Part shown: positions 1 through 23,869 of the stretch, one piece after another
How the letters are laid out: the number at the start of each line of letters is the position of its first letter
Position numbering within the stretch: position 1 is the first letter of the stretch
Source: Macrostomum lignano
Taxonomy: Eukaryota
Direction of reading: 5' to 3'
Length of the DNA: 64,000 nucleotides
Assembly: GCA_002269645.1 (NCBI GenBank)
Contig: NIVC01002596.1
Coordinates: 94,885 to 158,884 of the forward strand
Translations under genes and position numbers: made by a program
Notes under the pieces: generated by a model
Told to the model about the DNA's origin: nothing
Database searches by the model: none
The model's input: only the letters and a program-made list of their open reading frames with translations

Positions 1-2477
1 ATCGTCGGAACTTTAAATAGATTGCTTTGTTGCTTAGAAATAGTTTGTTGTTGTCTTTTGTTTTCTCGGAAGACTGGACTTGCTTTAGAAGAGGTAGGAA
101 TGGGTGGATCTTCTTCAAACAGAGAATCCATCATGCAGCTACTTTCGCTGCTTGTGCTATCTTTTCGTTTTTCAAACTCCTCAAGGACATTGATTGTGAA
201 ATCCGGCATAAGATCCTCTATCTTAAACTCTGGTTCGATGACTTGAGTGTATTCCGGTTCAATAGCTTGAGCATATTGTCTGCGGACCTGAGTAGGCTGT
301 CTTGGAGGAGGAGGATTTCTTTGTTGTCGATAAGGTACCAAGGCATTTCCTTGTCTATTCTGTGGTGGGTTCCAATTGCGATTTTGAGGACGAGTCCAAT
401 TTTTTCTTCTGTTGTCATTATATTGTCTTGGATTGCCACGTGATCGGCAGTCTCTGGCGTAATGACCAATTCTTCCACAGGTGTAACAAGTGGGTGGCGG
501 AGCGTATCTCTGTCGCTGTGGCATGATTGCAGAAGTTTGGTACTGCTGCATGAGTTTGCTCAATTGTTCTCCCAATTGTGTCGTATCACTACTACGAGAA
601 GTCAGGAGTGGGGCACTTGCTTCCCATTGCATGCCGCAACGAATTAATTGTTCCTCTGTCTCAATGGTTTCTCTTAACAACCTGTCTCGCAGCGAAGGTT
701 GAGCATTATTAATGACATGGAGGATTAGGCTTTGTTCTTGGTCAGCAAGGCGTTGTCTTTCTCGTGCAGCTAGTTCTGCTGGTCCGATAGGCTGAGCTCC
801 TGGGTTCGGTGGTGGTGGCTGGTGCAACGCTTTAATAATTTTGCGGACGTCATCGACGAAAGTAAGGAAGGATTCCGTCGGACTCATTTTTCGATTATGA
901 AGTTTGTGTAGAAGCACAGATCGATTGGTTCCACATCTGGCGAATTGTGCTCTCAGTTGTGTAACTAAAGTATGATAGTCTTGCTGTGCGGCGGCATTTA
1001 GTTTGCCATAAATTTCTCGAGCAGTACCTTCTAACAGTGGAGGAAGAAGAAGTGCCTTTTCTGGATTTTGTAGTCCGTATTCGCGAGTTACAAGGTCGAA
1101 GTGTTCAATGAAGGTGTTAAAATCTTTATCCATGGTATACATTCCAACAGTTTCCTTGACATCGCGATGCACTGTAGGGTTTCTTCGAGCCATATTTTCA
1201 AATGGGAACGGCAAGAGGACCAGATCTGGATCAATTTCCAAAGGATTTTCCAGATTGGACTTTCAAAGTGGCGAACAAGTGTTGTGTGTGTGTGCAAGCT
1301 CTTATTTACTTAAAGGAAGAAAGGAAAATGGACACGGGGGCAAAAAAAATTCTGTGTTGCCTTTACCAAAGAAAGAAATTGAGATAGGATATTCGCAAAT
1401 TTAACAAAAGTATAAAACGGTGCACGAAGAATCAAAGGGTCTCTATGCAAACAATGGCGGTTCGGTAAAAAGTTCAGAAAAATTTGCGCAAAGAACTTGT
1501 GTCAAAGTACTTTCAGCGATCTAGCCTGGTAGCGCTTGAGCCTGGGCGAGATCACCAGTTGAAGAGTTTAAGAGTGGTGATCAGTCACTCAAAAACTCCC
1601 ACTTCTAGACACGGGGGAACAAGTGCCTAGGTATTTATCAGTTCAAATAACTTACTTCAGCGGGTCCTCTTGGGGTCGGCAGCCGGTGGAGTTCTGTGGC
1701 GCGTCGGGATAGCAAGCTTGCTGAGCGGTTACGGCGACCGGTTCCGGTGAACCACTGTTTTTCTTTGGTGTCCTTAACTTTATCTGTGGGTCGACCAAAC
1801 GAGAGCGAATCAGAACTTCTTAACGGTCCTCGAGCTCGGAATTCACAATAGAACTTGCGCCCTAATGAACAATTGAATTCTCTAATTTTCTGTGATAGGT
1901 CCTCCTGAAGGGCGGCTTCTTCGTTACGTCCGAAACGTAACGGATAACTCAATTAAATCAATAAATCCTCTAGGAATATCCTAGGAAACAAGGAGGCCTT
2001 TCTCAAATGTATCGACAATGAACTGCTCTCGTATACTCAATCAAACACTTTATTAGCGCTATTAACAATTAACTAAATCGGGTAAACGCTTACCAATTGG
2101 ACAGGGATGGTCCCTCAGAGATTGGTCTTCTTATTTCTTCGGTGTCTTCTTAGAGACCGCTCCGAGTCTGAATTTTTGACTTGAATTTTCACTTATATTT
2201 ATAGCAAAATTTTGGAGAAAAACCGGTTTGGGATTGGGTATTTACTTAGGTCAAAAATGTTTGATTAAGCGGTCATGCATGTTTGAGCATTACCATATAT
2301 GGAGTTAAACAAATACAGCTGTTGAAATCCGGTTCCTTGATCAAACAATGTAGGGTTCTAAATCATTCTGTTTGCGCGTGATTCCTAAAATAGATATGAC
2401 TCATTTTGAAAGAAATTGACTTCCTTAGAATATTACTTTAAGTAGAGCATTACGGTATGGTCTAATAACTCTCTACA
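1..2477 (-). mobile_element. LTR retrotransposon, 5' part (5' LTR 1560-2477, PBS, 5' UTR, gag); runs off left edge; lies antisense in a DDX3 intron
   Basis: On the minus strand the LTR starts TGTAGAGAGTT (2477) and ends AACTCTTCA (1560), an imperfect terminal inverted repeat. It contains TATAAATATAAG (2190-2203) and AATAAA (~2050). It is followed by PBS-like TGGTGATCTCGCCCAGG (1541-1557; tRNA-Val-like 3' end, inferred). Confidence 0.8.
3..1193 (-). CDS. gag: Gag (retrotransposon capsid-like region plus CCHC zinc knuckle), open to the window edge
   Basis: Hand translation from ATG 1193: MARRNPTVHRDVKETVGMYTMDKDFNTFIEHFDLVTREYGL...CYTCGRIGHYARDC (knuckle ~447-488), then a Q/R/P-rich tail with no stop before base 1, which is why the ORF track omits it. 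Confidence 0.85.
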   Translation of the reverse strand, partial: MARRNPTVHRDVKETVGMYTMDKDFNTFIEHFDLVTREYGLQNPEKALLLPPLLEGTAREIYGKLNAAAQQDYHTLVTQLRAQFARCGTNRSVLLHKLHNRKMSPTESFLTFVDDVRKIIKALHQPPPPNPGAQPIGPAELAARERQRLADQEQSLILHVINNAQPSLRDRLLRETIETEEQLIRCGMQWEASAPLLTSRSSDTTQLGEQLSKLMQQYQTSAIMPQRQRYAPPPTCYTCGRIGHYARDCRSRGNPRQYNDNRRKNWTRPQNRNWNPPQNRQGNALVPYRQQRNPPPPRQPTQVRRQYAQAIEPEYTQVIEPEFKIEDLMPDFTINVLEEFEKRKDSTSSESSCMMDSLFEEDPPIPTSSKASPVFRENKRQQQTISKQQSNLFKVPT

Positions 2478-2503
2478 GTATTTTCACCGCGCTACTATTA
2501 TAA

Positions 2504-3001
<498 letters not shown>

Positions 3002-4204
3002 GGCGTTGGAGCTGCAGTGTTGGCTTTATTTGACCTACTTTAGCAGGTATTAATTGCAGACTTGACTACCTGGTTTGTGTGGGAATTGTTTTCTTCTGCG
3101 CCTTCACCCGTTCTCATCCCCGTTCTCATTTCACTGCCTAATAATTAACAGTAGAACTCTGAATATACTGCTGGAAAGGACTTCATCATTGAGATGCATT
3201 AAGTTGAGTTTCTTTTTCTAGGTTTGAGTCCCGCTACTGTTAATTAGTAGGCCAGCTGGCGTGAGTAACTTGTTTTTTTTACGATGCCATCTCTGCACGA
3301 CCTGAGCTGCTCTGAAATATCTGTCTAAAATAAGTAAGTTTTTTTTGTTTCAACTAAGTAACTGATGAGTTCTTAAAGGGGCAATCATTTGTTTTACTAA
3401 ACCAGCCGTGTTAACGCAGCCCTACACACTAATTATCTGCTAACTATTAATATATACATAATTGTTTTGGTGTATGCGTCCCCCACTCCCACAGTTTTTT
3501 ATCCTGGTCCCATATATATATAATAAATATTTAACGTTGTTGATTTAATAATTAATGGAACTAATTAATTAGTTATTATCATATCCGCGTTCAGCCCCAA
3601 ACGCATTGGCTGTTAGCCTCAATTGATGTAATTTGTTCAACTGTCGCCCAGCAAAAAATAGTCCTTGCGCAGGTGTCTCTTCTCTCTTGCATCGACTCAA
3701 TAAAATAAGTTTGTGTGTAAAATCAGCTTTGTTATAATTAATATTTCTCTAATTTCAACAGGCGGAAACTAGGAAAGCTCCGAGGCAGTCTTTCATAGAT
3801 TCCGCTGCTCTTGTTTTCACTCATTTATATGTCATAATAATTTACTTACTAGTAGCCGATAACATCATTGCTTAGTACCTAGTTTTTTGTTGCTCCTTTA
3901 AGCTCGTTATTATGTTAATATTACTATTATTAATATTAATAATAATAATAGCTGCTGTTGTTACTCGTGCCGAAGCGAATTCTTAATTCCTTGGAACAGC
4001 CGTCAGGCCTCTGCCGTATCATTTGCTACCCTTCTCTTGCTACCGTTAGGCAATCCTTATATAGTTCAGTGTCTAAAAACTATAAAACTATGATTTATTA
4101 ATGCTTACTACGCTGCGTCATCGGATCCTGTCTTTGTACACCCCATTCAGCAGTTTGGACTGTTTCTCAAACTGTGCACTCTTATCTGTATACACAGGTA
4201 CTAA

Positions 4205-4662
4205 AATAACTAGATGGGCCACTCAGGCATATATACTTACAGTAAAACAGCTTTCTACTTTCAGTTCAGTAGCAAAGAAGAATACATAAGCTATTCTATA
4301 AAAATAAAGACAGCTGAAATGACTTTGATAAGTTTAGAAGCCCAAGCTTGCAGGCGTAAACAGCTTGCTAATTGGTTCAGCAATAATGTACATTAGCCAG
4401 TCCACTAAAATGTACATGGCAGCTTTAGGCTGGAATTCCGAGAAAGGCAATAAAAATTGGGGCGGGCCGGGGGGGGGCAGTGTGGAAAGGCGCGGTTGGA
4501 GGGATTAAGCTGGGGTGATAAATAATTAATTATTTATCAGGTAATTAAACAGCCAATAAATAAGCCTTGGCTTTAAAAATACAGTAAAATGCTTCTGTTT
4601 CACTTACTACTGAACTGAAAGTAGCATACACGCAAATGTGCTGAGTGGCCTATCTAGTTATT
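4205..4662. mobile_element. MITE-like element, copy 1
   Basis: 22-bp TIRs AATAACTAGATGGGCCACTCAG (4205-4226) and CTGAGTGGCCTATCTAGTTATT (4641-4662), one mismatch. Subterminal inverted motif TACTTTCAGTTCAGTAG. A second copy lies inverted at 41169-41589. Confidence 0.8.
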
Positions 4663-5348
4663 CCTGTATCTGTGGCTCTATATTATATTTGCATGTATTT
4701 ATTGAATATGAAAACGGCCCACACCGCCCCTTCCACCATGATTAGTTGGCCCCGTCCGTTTTGCGTTTTGTTTTGCTTCATCAACCCTGCCTCCCAGATC
4801 GCTCTGCGTAGGCCAGCCAAGCGAGTTGTGCGTCCGCGCAGAGCTCAGCAACCTTGTCGACGCAGCTCGCGTCTCCCTTCTCTCTTTGTTTGTTTCTTGT
4901 GTGTTTTTTCGTGTTTCTTGTTTGTCTCTCACTTGTCCTGCTTGACGATTGAAATATTTATTTATAGCTATTTATTTTTGCTGCCGCCGCCGAGTCTGAA
5001 AGGCCAACTCCGCCTCCTGAAGTGAATTTGCTTTTTTTCCTCCGGAGAACTTCTGGACGCGGCAATTCCTGCTCCGGCCCAGACTCCCCAATGATGCGGC
5101 AGCAAGCTTGAGAAAATTAATTAGAAAGGCAAGTGGTTTAAAGAAACACAAACAGCGTTATAATAAATTCGATATGAGAGACACAGAGTGCTGACAGCCA
5201 GTGCCGTTAAAAATGAAAAAATCACAAAATATGCTTTTGCACTGAGCCCAACTGCTTTTGCCTTTTCATTTCTTTCTTCCAAAACAAATTTCCGACTTTG
5301 AACTGGAAACTCGGTTTTTGCCAATTGTGTTTCGACTTGGGGCTGTAC

Positions 5349-6660
5349 TTCAACTAGTCCCCCGCTTCAGCCTTCAACTAGTCCCCCGCTTCAGCCTACA
5401 ACTAGTCCCCCGCTTCAGCCCACAACTAGTCCCCCGCTTCAGCCTAGTCCCCGCTTCAGCCTTCAACTAGTCCCCGCTTCAGCCTACAACTAGCCCCCGC
5501 TTCAGCCTACAACTAGTCCCCCGCTTCAGCCTACAACTAGTCCCCGCTTCAGCCTTCAACTAGTCCCCGCTTCAGCCTACAACTAGTCCCCCGCTTCAGC
5601 CTACAACTAGTCCCCCGCTTCAGCCTACAACTAGTCCCCCGCTTCAGCCTACAACTAGTCCCCCGCTTCAGCCTAAAGCTAGTCCCCGGCTTCAGCCTAC
5701 AACTAGTCCCCGCTTCAGCCTACAACTAGTCCCCCACTTCAGCCTACAACTAGTCCCCCGCTTCAGCCTACAACTAGTCCCCCGCTTCAGCCTACTAGTC
5801 CCCGCTTCAGCCTACTAGTCCCCGCTTCAGCCTACAACTAGTCCCCCGCTTCAGCCTACTAGTCCCCCGCTTCAGCCTACAACTAGTCCCCCGCTTCAGC
5901 CTACAACTAGTCCCCCGCTTCAGCCTTCAACTAGTCCCCCGCTTCAGCCTAGTCCCCGCTTCAGCCTTCAACTAGTCCCCCGCTTCAGCCTACAACTAGT
6001 CCCCCGCTTCAGCCTACAACTAGTCCCCCGCTTCAGCCTAGTCCCCGCTTCAGCCTAGTCCCCGCTTCAGCCTTCAACTAGTCCCCCGCTTCAGCCTACA
6101 ACTAGTCCCCCGCTTCAGCCTACAACTAGTCCCCCGCTTCAGCCTACAACTAGTCCCCCGCTTCAGCCTACTAGTCCCCCGCTTCAGCCTACAACTAGTC
6201 CCCCGCTTCAACCTACAACTAGTCCCCCGCTTCAGCCTACAACTAGTCCCCCGCTTCAGCCTACAACTAGTCCCCCGCTTCAGCCTACTAGTCCCCGCTT
6301 CAGCCTACAACTAGTCCCCCGCTTCAGCCTACAACTAGTCCCCCGCTTCAGCCTAAAGCTAGTCCCCGCTTCAGCCTTCAACTAGTCCCCGCTTCAGCCT
6401 TCAACTAGTCCCCGCTTCAGCCTACAGCTAGTCCCCCGCTTCAGCCTACTAGTCCCCGCTTCAGCCTACAACTAGTCCCCCGCTTCAGCCTACAGCTAGT
6501 CCCCGCTTCAGCCTACAACTAGTCCCCGCTTCAGCCTACAACTAGTCCCCCGCTTCAGCCTACAACTAGTCCCCGCTTCAGCCTACAACTAGTCCCCCGC
6601 TTCAGCCTACAACTAGTCCCCGCTTCAGGCTAGACTACATAGGACCTGCTTCAGCCTACA
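5349..6660. repeat. ~24-bp minisatellite (CAACTAGTCCCCCGCTTCAGCCTA)n
   Basis: Direct tandem units with 1-4 nt indel variants. Confidence 0.95.
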
Positions 6661-6843
6661 GCTAGGTGGGTTAAGACATGCTTTTTGTGTAAAAGGCACA
6701 AAATGTTATAATTATTCTACTAAAGGCATTATAAAACGAACACAGTTTAAGGTGGTTCAGTCTAACAAAATGTTATCAGAGCACAGTTTTTTGGTTTCAA
6801 GAAGAGGCAGTGCATTTTAACTGAAGGAATAAACTACCAGTAT

Positions 6844-9800
6844 TGTAGTGACTGTGCATCGGGCCTAGGTGTTGTAACTAACTAACTTTGAGGCTAGAAT
6901 TGTTCAATTACTTTATATGCATCGTGCGTTCAATCATGGTATTGTTGTTTCGATTGCGTAACACTGTTTTCAACGTGCACATGAGTATAAATATATTGAG
7001 CGAGACTCAAGTGTCTCCAACTGAATTGAATTTAATCAATCAACTAGAACACAACAAATGGCGACGAGCGGACTCCCGTACCCAGCGGAGTTTCAACCAG
7101 TACCAGGCGAACCTCCTGTGCCATGGGCAAGGTGGATCAAGTCATTTGAGAACTTCCTGGTAGCTGGAGCTCTCGAAGAGGCATCAGAGAGTCGGAAAAA
7201 GGCGATCCTCCTGCATCTGCTTGGTGAGGAAGGACGCCGCCGAGCTGCAAACGTCGATGCAAGCAAGTCGCTTCAGGAGACCAAAACGGCACTGAAGGCG
7301 ATTTTCAGCTCGTCGAGAAGCGTCATAGCAGAGCGCTTCGCCTTTCGGCAGCGAGCCCAGCACGACGGCGAGAGCATCGGAGACTACGTGATGGCCCTGA
7401 GAGAACTGGCAACAAACTGCAAATTTGGCACCTTTCACGACGAAATAATTCGAGACCAACTTGTGGAGAAAACCTGCGTACCTCGCATTAGGGAAAGACT
7501 CCTGATGGAGGAGGACGATCTGACGCTAGATGACGCCATCAAGAAGGCTGAGCGAATCGAAGCAGCCATCAGAGATGCCAAGCAGGTCAGCGGCCCAGAG
7601 CTCCACGTGAAGGCGCTGAGCAAGAAGCCGAAGCCAGCTGCTCGCCATGAGAAGACCGCAGCAGCAGGTCCAAAGTGCACTCGATGCGGAGGCAACCACG
7701 GACACAAGGGCGAATGCAAGGCGATGGGCCAGAAATGCAGACGATGCGGCAAGACGAACCATTTCGCGAAAATGTGCCGCATGAAAGCGGTCTCTGCGAT
7801 CGACACCAAAGAGCCTGCAGAGTCCAGTCTGACGGTCCTGGCCGTGAACAACAAGAGCACAGACAGCTTATTCTGCGAATGCCGTCTGGGCGGACAGCTG
7901 ATTCGACTGCAAATCGACTGCGGTGCTGCCGTTTCGTTGCTCAACATGGAGACGTTCAAGAAGTCCTTCGCTAGGCACCCGCTGCTTCCGACGAGCACAA
8001 AACTGGAGGCATACGGCGGATCTGCGATCAAGACCATCGGCAAGGTCGAGCTTCCAGTGACGTTCAACGGCATCAGGACAGAAGCCACATTCTACGTCGC
8101 CGACAAAGGAGCGAACATCCTGGGCCGCGACCTGTTTCAGGCCCTCGGATTCAAAATCTTCCAAGGTGACAACAGAGTGATGAGCATCAGCGAGACTACG
8201 ATCGAGCGCGACTTCCCCGGAATCTTCGACGGTCTGGGCCGGTCCAAGAGCTTCATTCACCGGACAAAGATCGACGCCTCGGTCAAGCCAGTGTCTCAGC
8301 CAATGCGGAAGCTGCCGATCGGCCTGAAGGACGAAGTGACGTCAGAGATCAGCCGGATGGAGCAACAGGGCATCATTGAGAAGGTCGACGCGTCCGAGTG
8401 GGTTAGCAACGTTGTCGTGACGCGCAAGAAGGAGTCCAACAAGGTTCGTCTCTGCGTGGATCTGCGGCAGGTCAACAAGGCGGTGATCGCGGACCGCTAT
8501 CCGGTACCGTCAATCGAGGACCTATCGGCCAGCATCAACGGCTCGAAGTGCTTCAGCAAGCTGGACCTGCGTCAAGGCTACCAGCAGATTCCGCTGCATC
8601 CAGACTCTCGAGGACTGACGTGCTTCATCACCGATGCCGGCCTGTACCAGTTCACCGTGGTGCCATTCGGGCTATCTAGCTCCGGAGCTGCCTTCCAGCG
8701 AGCCCTGCAGACGGTGCTTCGAGGAGCTCCTGGCGCCATCAACATCGTGGACGACATCCTGGTGCACGGCAAGGACGAGACTGAGCACGACAAGAACCTC
8801 CGAGAAGTCCTAGGGCGGATTCATCGCGAAGGCTTCACACTCAATCGAGAGAAGTGCAAATTCCGGCAGGCGAGCGTGGATTTCTTCGGATTGGTCATCT
8901 CTGCAGACGGCATCAAACCGACCAAGTGCAACGTCGACGCAATTCTAAGAATTCCTGAGCCATCAACGGTCGCGCAAATTCAATCGTTTCTCGGGGCAGT
9001 GAACTTTTTGCACAAGTTCATACCGCATTACTCAGCAATTGCCGAGCCTCTGAGACAACTGCTCAAAAAGGACGCGGACTGGCACTGGGGTGAGCGGGAA
9101 CGTACAGCCTTCCGTACACTCAAGTCAGCCGTAACCAGCAGCCCAGTGTTAGCTCATTTTGATTGCCAAGCTGAGACGTACGTCACCTGCGATGCAAGTC
9201 TAGACGGACTGGGGGCAGTGCTCAGCCAAGTACAAAACGGAAAAGAGGTGCCAATCGCGTTCGCATCGAGAGCACTCAGCCCAGCGGAAAAGCGATACTC
9301 AGCCGGAGAGCGAGAAGCCCTGGCCTGTGTATGGAGCATCGAACGCTGGCACTACTATCTATACGGCAGACGAGTAACGCTGCGCACCGACCACAAGGCC
9401 CTGACAACTCTGCTCGACTCGAAAGGCATGGGGCACAGGCCTCTTCGCATTCATCGATGGGTCGAGAGACTTCGCGGCTACGACGTTCGGTTTGAGCACA
9501 TCCCTGGCGCTGACAACAAGTGCGCGGACATGCTGTCCAGATGGGCCACGACGGAGCGCGTTCCAGCCGAGGAGACCGACGAGGAGGGCTACGTCTACGC
9601 AGTCGTCGACTCGAAGACAACGCTGACGGCAGACGCACTGGCAACGGCGACCAAGGAGGACGAAGTGCTGCAGGCGGTTTTGCAGTACATCTCGGGCGGC
9701 TGGCCAACGAAGGTGGACAGCTCTCTAAAGCCGTACTTCAACGTCCGGGACGAGCTGTTCTGCTGGAACAACGGTCAGTGCCTCGGTCGTGGTGAACGCG

Positions 9801-11168
9801 CGATCATCCCGACGAGCCTGCGACTTCAAGTCATCGAGGAGGCCCACGAAGGGCATCCGGGCGTCGTTCGGTCAAAGCAGCGGTGCCGCGACACGGTCTG
9901 GTTTCCTGGAATTGACCGGCAGGTGGAGGACTACGTCAAGAACTGCACGGCCTGCACTCTGGCGGAGAAGTCCGGCAAGCCTCAACAGACGATCGTGACA
10001 CCAATCGAGTGGCCAGATGGACCGTGGGACAAGGTCGAGATCGACATCTTCGGCGAGGTCGCCGCGGCTCCTCGACACCAGCGGTTTCTACTGGTGATCC
10101 ACGACCTGTACAGCAAGTGGCCGGAGATTGCAGCCATGGAAACCGTCACCTCTGCCAACATCATCAAGACGCTTCGGAAGCTATTCGGCCGGTGGGGAGT
10201 CCCGAAGATGCTGATCAGCGACAACGGACCCCAGTTCGTCAGCGACGAGTTCGAAGAGTTCCTGCGAGCCGAGGGCATCAAGCACAGCCGAGTGAGCCGG
10301 TACTACCCGCAAGGCAACGGCGGAGTCGAGCGATTCAACCGGAGTCTGAAGGAGGGCCTGGCAGCGAACCTGAGGGCGGGAGCGAAGTTCGAGGACGCTA
10401 TCGACCTGGTGCTCAAGACCTACAGGTCCAGCCAGCACGCTCTCACTGGGCTGACTCCAGCCGAGCTGATGATCGGGCGCAAGCTGCGGTCCGGACTGCA
10501 GCTGCTCAGGCCAACTCCAGTGCAACAGCGGGACGACAGCGACCTGCGAGACAGTATCGCACAGAGGCAAGCCAAGAATGCCGACTACACCAACAAGCGA
10601 AGGCGAGCTCGTGACTCTATGCTCCAGGCCGGAGACTGGGTCTGGCGACAGACGCCGCACCGAGCGCACAAGCTGGCGACCCGACTGAAGGAACCGCTAA
10701 AGATCGCCTCCAAAGCAGGGCGCAACACCTTCGTGCTGTCCGACGGTACAAAGTGGCAAGCGAGTCGGCTGGTTAAGTGCAACAGCCCACCGGCTGACAA
10801 CGGCGCGGCCGACCAAGAGGACGACTGGTTCGATTTGCCGCTGCCGCCGGCTCCGCCCCCACGGACGGGCGAGCCGCCACCTCCACCTGAACGTCGAAGG
10901 TCAACTCGAGCTCGACGGCAACCGGCGCGTTATCCTCTTCCGGAAGGGGGGAGAATGTAGTGACTGTGCATCGGGCCTAGGTGTTGTAACTAACTAACTT
11001 TGAGGCTAGAATTGTTCAATTACTTTATATGCATCGTGCGTTCAATCATGGTATTGTTGTTTCGATTGCGTAACACTGTTTTCAACGTGCACATGAGTAT
11101 AAATATATTGAGCGAGACTCAAGTGTCTCCAACTGAATTGAATTTAATCAATCAACTAGAACACAACA
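6844..11168 (+). mobile_element. Full-length Ty3/Gypsy LTR retrotransposon (Mag-like by inference), 213-bp LTRs, 5-bp TSD
   Basis: LTR1 6844-7056 and LTR2 10956-11168 (TGTAGTG...ACAACA) read as identical. TSD AGTAT at 6839-6843 and 11169-11173. PBS TGGCGACGAG 7059-7068 (complement of tRNA-Ser(GCT) 3' end). PPT AAGGGGGGAGAA 10944-10955. Confidence 0.97.
7058..10960 (+). CDS. pol: Gag-Pol polyprotein, 1300 aa (Gag, zinc knuckles, protease, RT, RNase H, integrase)
   Basis: CRRCGKTNHFAKMC knuckle; protease QIDCGA; RT SKLDLRQGYQQ, PFGLSS, NIVDDIL; RNase H CDAS, EREALA, TDHKAL; integrase HEGH..CTAC, IDIF, SDNG, VERFN. PR-RT-RH-IN order. Confidence 0.97.
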   Translation: MATSGLPYPAEFQPVPGEPPVPWARWIKSFENFLVAGALEEASESRKKAILLHLLGEEGRRRAANVDASKSLQETKTALKAIFSSSRSVIAERFAFRQRAQHDGESIGDYVMALRELATNCKFGTFHDEIIRDQLVEKTCVPRIRERLLMEEDDLTLDDAIKKAERIEAAIRDAKQVSGPELHVKALSKKPKPAARHEKTAAAGPKCTRCGGNHGHKGECKAMGQKCRRCGKTNHFAKMCRMKAVSAIDTKEPAESSLTVLAVNNKSTDSLFCECRLGGQLIRLQIDCGAAVSLLNMETFKKSFARHPLLPTSTKLEAYGGSAIKTIGKVELPVTFNGIRTEATFYVADKGANILGRDLFQALGFKIFQGDNRVMSISETTIERDFPGIFDGLGRSKSFIHRTKIDASVKPVSQPMRKLPIGLKDEVTSEISRMEQQGIIEKVDASEWVSNVVVTRKKESNKVRLCVDLRQVNKAVIADRYPVPSIEDLSASINGSKCFSKLDLRQGYQQIPLHPDSRGLTCFITDAGLYQFTVVPFGLSSSGAAFQRALQTVLRGAPGAINIVDDILVHGKDETEHDKNLREVLGRIHREGFTLNREKCKFRQASVDFFGLVISADGIKPTKCNVDAILRIPEPSTVAQIQSFLGAVNFLHKFIPHYSAIAEPLRQLLKKDADWHWGERERTAFRTLKSAVTSSPVLAHFDCQAETYVTCDASLDGLGAVLSQVQNGKEVPIAFASRALSPAEKRYSAGEREALACVWSIERWHYYLYGRRVTLRTDHKALTTLLDSKGMGHRPLRIHRWVERLRGYDVRFEHIPGADNKCADMLSRWATTERVPAEETDEEGYVYAVVDSKTTLTADALATATKEDEVLQAVLQYISGGWPTKVDSSLKPYFNVRDELFCWNNGQCLGRGERAIIPTSLRLQVIEEAHEGHPGVVRSKQRCRDTVWFPGIDRQVEDYVKNCTACTLAEKSGKPQQTIVTPIEWPDGPWDKVEIDIFGEVAAAPRHQRFLLVIHDLYSKWPEIAAMETVTSANIIKTLRKLFGRWGVPKMLISDNGPQFVSDEFEEFLRAEGIKHSRVSRYYPQGNGGVERFNRSLKEGLAANLRAGAKFEDAIDLVLKTYRSSQHALTGLTPAELMIGRKLRSGLQLLRPTPVQQRDDSDLRDSIAQRQAKNADYTNKRRRARDSMLQAGDWVWRQTPHRAHKLATRLKEPLKIASKAGRNTFVLSDGTKWQASRLVKCNSPPADNGAADQEDDWFDLPLPPAPPPRTGEPPPPPERRRSTRARRQPARYPLPEGGRM

Positions 11169-11407
11169 AGTATTATTTCATGCTTCACAGCTCTCTGCTT
11201 TCAGTTAATTTGAGCTCACGCATCGGCCTGTTGTAATTCGATACTGCAAGTCTACTGTACAGGATTAACCGGGGCCTGTTGTACTTTTAGAATGTTGGTT
11301 GCGAATGGTTGGATTGTCTGCATAGTTGGTTCTATTACAACTGGTGACTACGAATATATGAGTGACACCTTTTAATACTGATTGTATACGAGTTACTTGT
11401 CTTTTGA

Positions 11408-11736
11408 GGAATGCGTCATTTCAGGAATGTGTCATTTAGGGAATGTGTCAATTAAGGAAGGTGTCATTTAGGGAATGTGTCAATTAAGGAAGGTGTCAGT
11501 TAGATAATGTGTAAAAATTAAGGAATATTTCTTTAAAGAATGTGTCATTTAGGAAACGTGTAAATTAGGGAATGTGTAAATTAAGGAATGTGTCATTTAG
11601 GGAATGTGTAAATCAAGGAATTTGAATTAAGGATTGTGTCACTTGGGAAATGTGTAAATAAGGAATGTTAGTTACGGAATGTGTCATTTAAGAAAATGAA
11701 GGAATGTGTCAGGGAATGTAAATTAAGGAATGTGTC
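11408..11736. repeat. Degenerate ~20-bp minisatellite (GGAATGTGTCATTTAG core)
   Basis: Repeated ggaatgtgt(c/a)a motif. Confidence 0.85.
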
Positions 11737-12005
11737 ACGAAATTCCCAAACTGCACTGCGTCTCTCTCCCACAACCCTAGCAGCCGTCTGCCTGCCCTGC
11801 AGTCATTGGTCAGTGTTGGCCTGCCACTCGCGCATAGAGACTGGCGTTTGGGACTCAAAAAGAAGTTCGCTACGATCTTGACTGAGCAATGTGGCATGTC
11901 ATCTTTATCAATTATGTGTACTTTGTTGTTCCGTAGTAATTTAGTCTAGCGGCTAGCGAGGTCCCCGGTACGGTACCAGCAGGTGAGAAACCCAGGTGAG
12001 TTTCC

Positions 12006-23136
<11,131 letters not shown>

Positions 23137-23869
23137 AAGTTTACAATAAATACAGTACTAATGTTGAAAGAAAAGATGAATTTTAATTTACCGATGAAAA
23201 TTTTGATTTCGTGTCGGAGTAACATGCTGCTGAAATTGAAAAAACATGCAATGCACTTTTACACTCTTCAAATCGGAATGCGGAATGTACTTTTATGCTC
23301 TCTGCGTGGGGGGTAGTCATAAAAGACTTATGAAATGAGAATTGGGAATGTACTTTTATTAGGAATCAAATGGTAGTGAAATCGATTCATCCTGTAGACA
23401 GTTAATTATTTCATTTTACTATTTACTTATCAGCTCTACATACGCAGTTACTTACATCAGTGCATCAGCCGTTAAGTTACTATTAGTAGTAGTAACCAAG
23501 CACCCATAGAGCTATTTTTAGTTTTTTGTGCACCTCACGTCTAATTAGTCCATGAGAATTTTTGTTTATTTAAACTCTCTACAGCGGACAAATTAAATCA
23601 GTTCAAGTTCGTTTTATTTTGCGGTTTTTGGTTAAAACTATGCGAACCACAATAATACATGTTGATTGCGTCTTATCTATTGAAAACAGAAGCTAACACG
23701 CCGTATATTCTACTTAATTGTGTAAGTAGCTTGAATGCTTGCTACTCATTGTAGTGTTTATTAAAATAAAAAACAGCATACATGTACGCCATACATACTT
23801 TAAGTAGCATACTTTGACTTACAGAATTAGGCGAACATTTGTGATACAGCTCTTCTGATCTTATGGATC

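Noticed and set aside
22-1952. Short ORFs on the + strand and ORF 1638-1952 (-)
   Set aside because: They are antisense or alternative frames of gag, or lie inside the LTR.
7184-10800. Numerous overlapping ORFs within the Gypsy element as accessory genes
   Set aside because: Expected shadow ORFs of GC-rich pol; no motifs.
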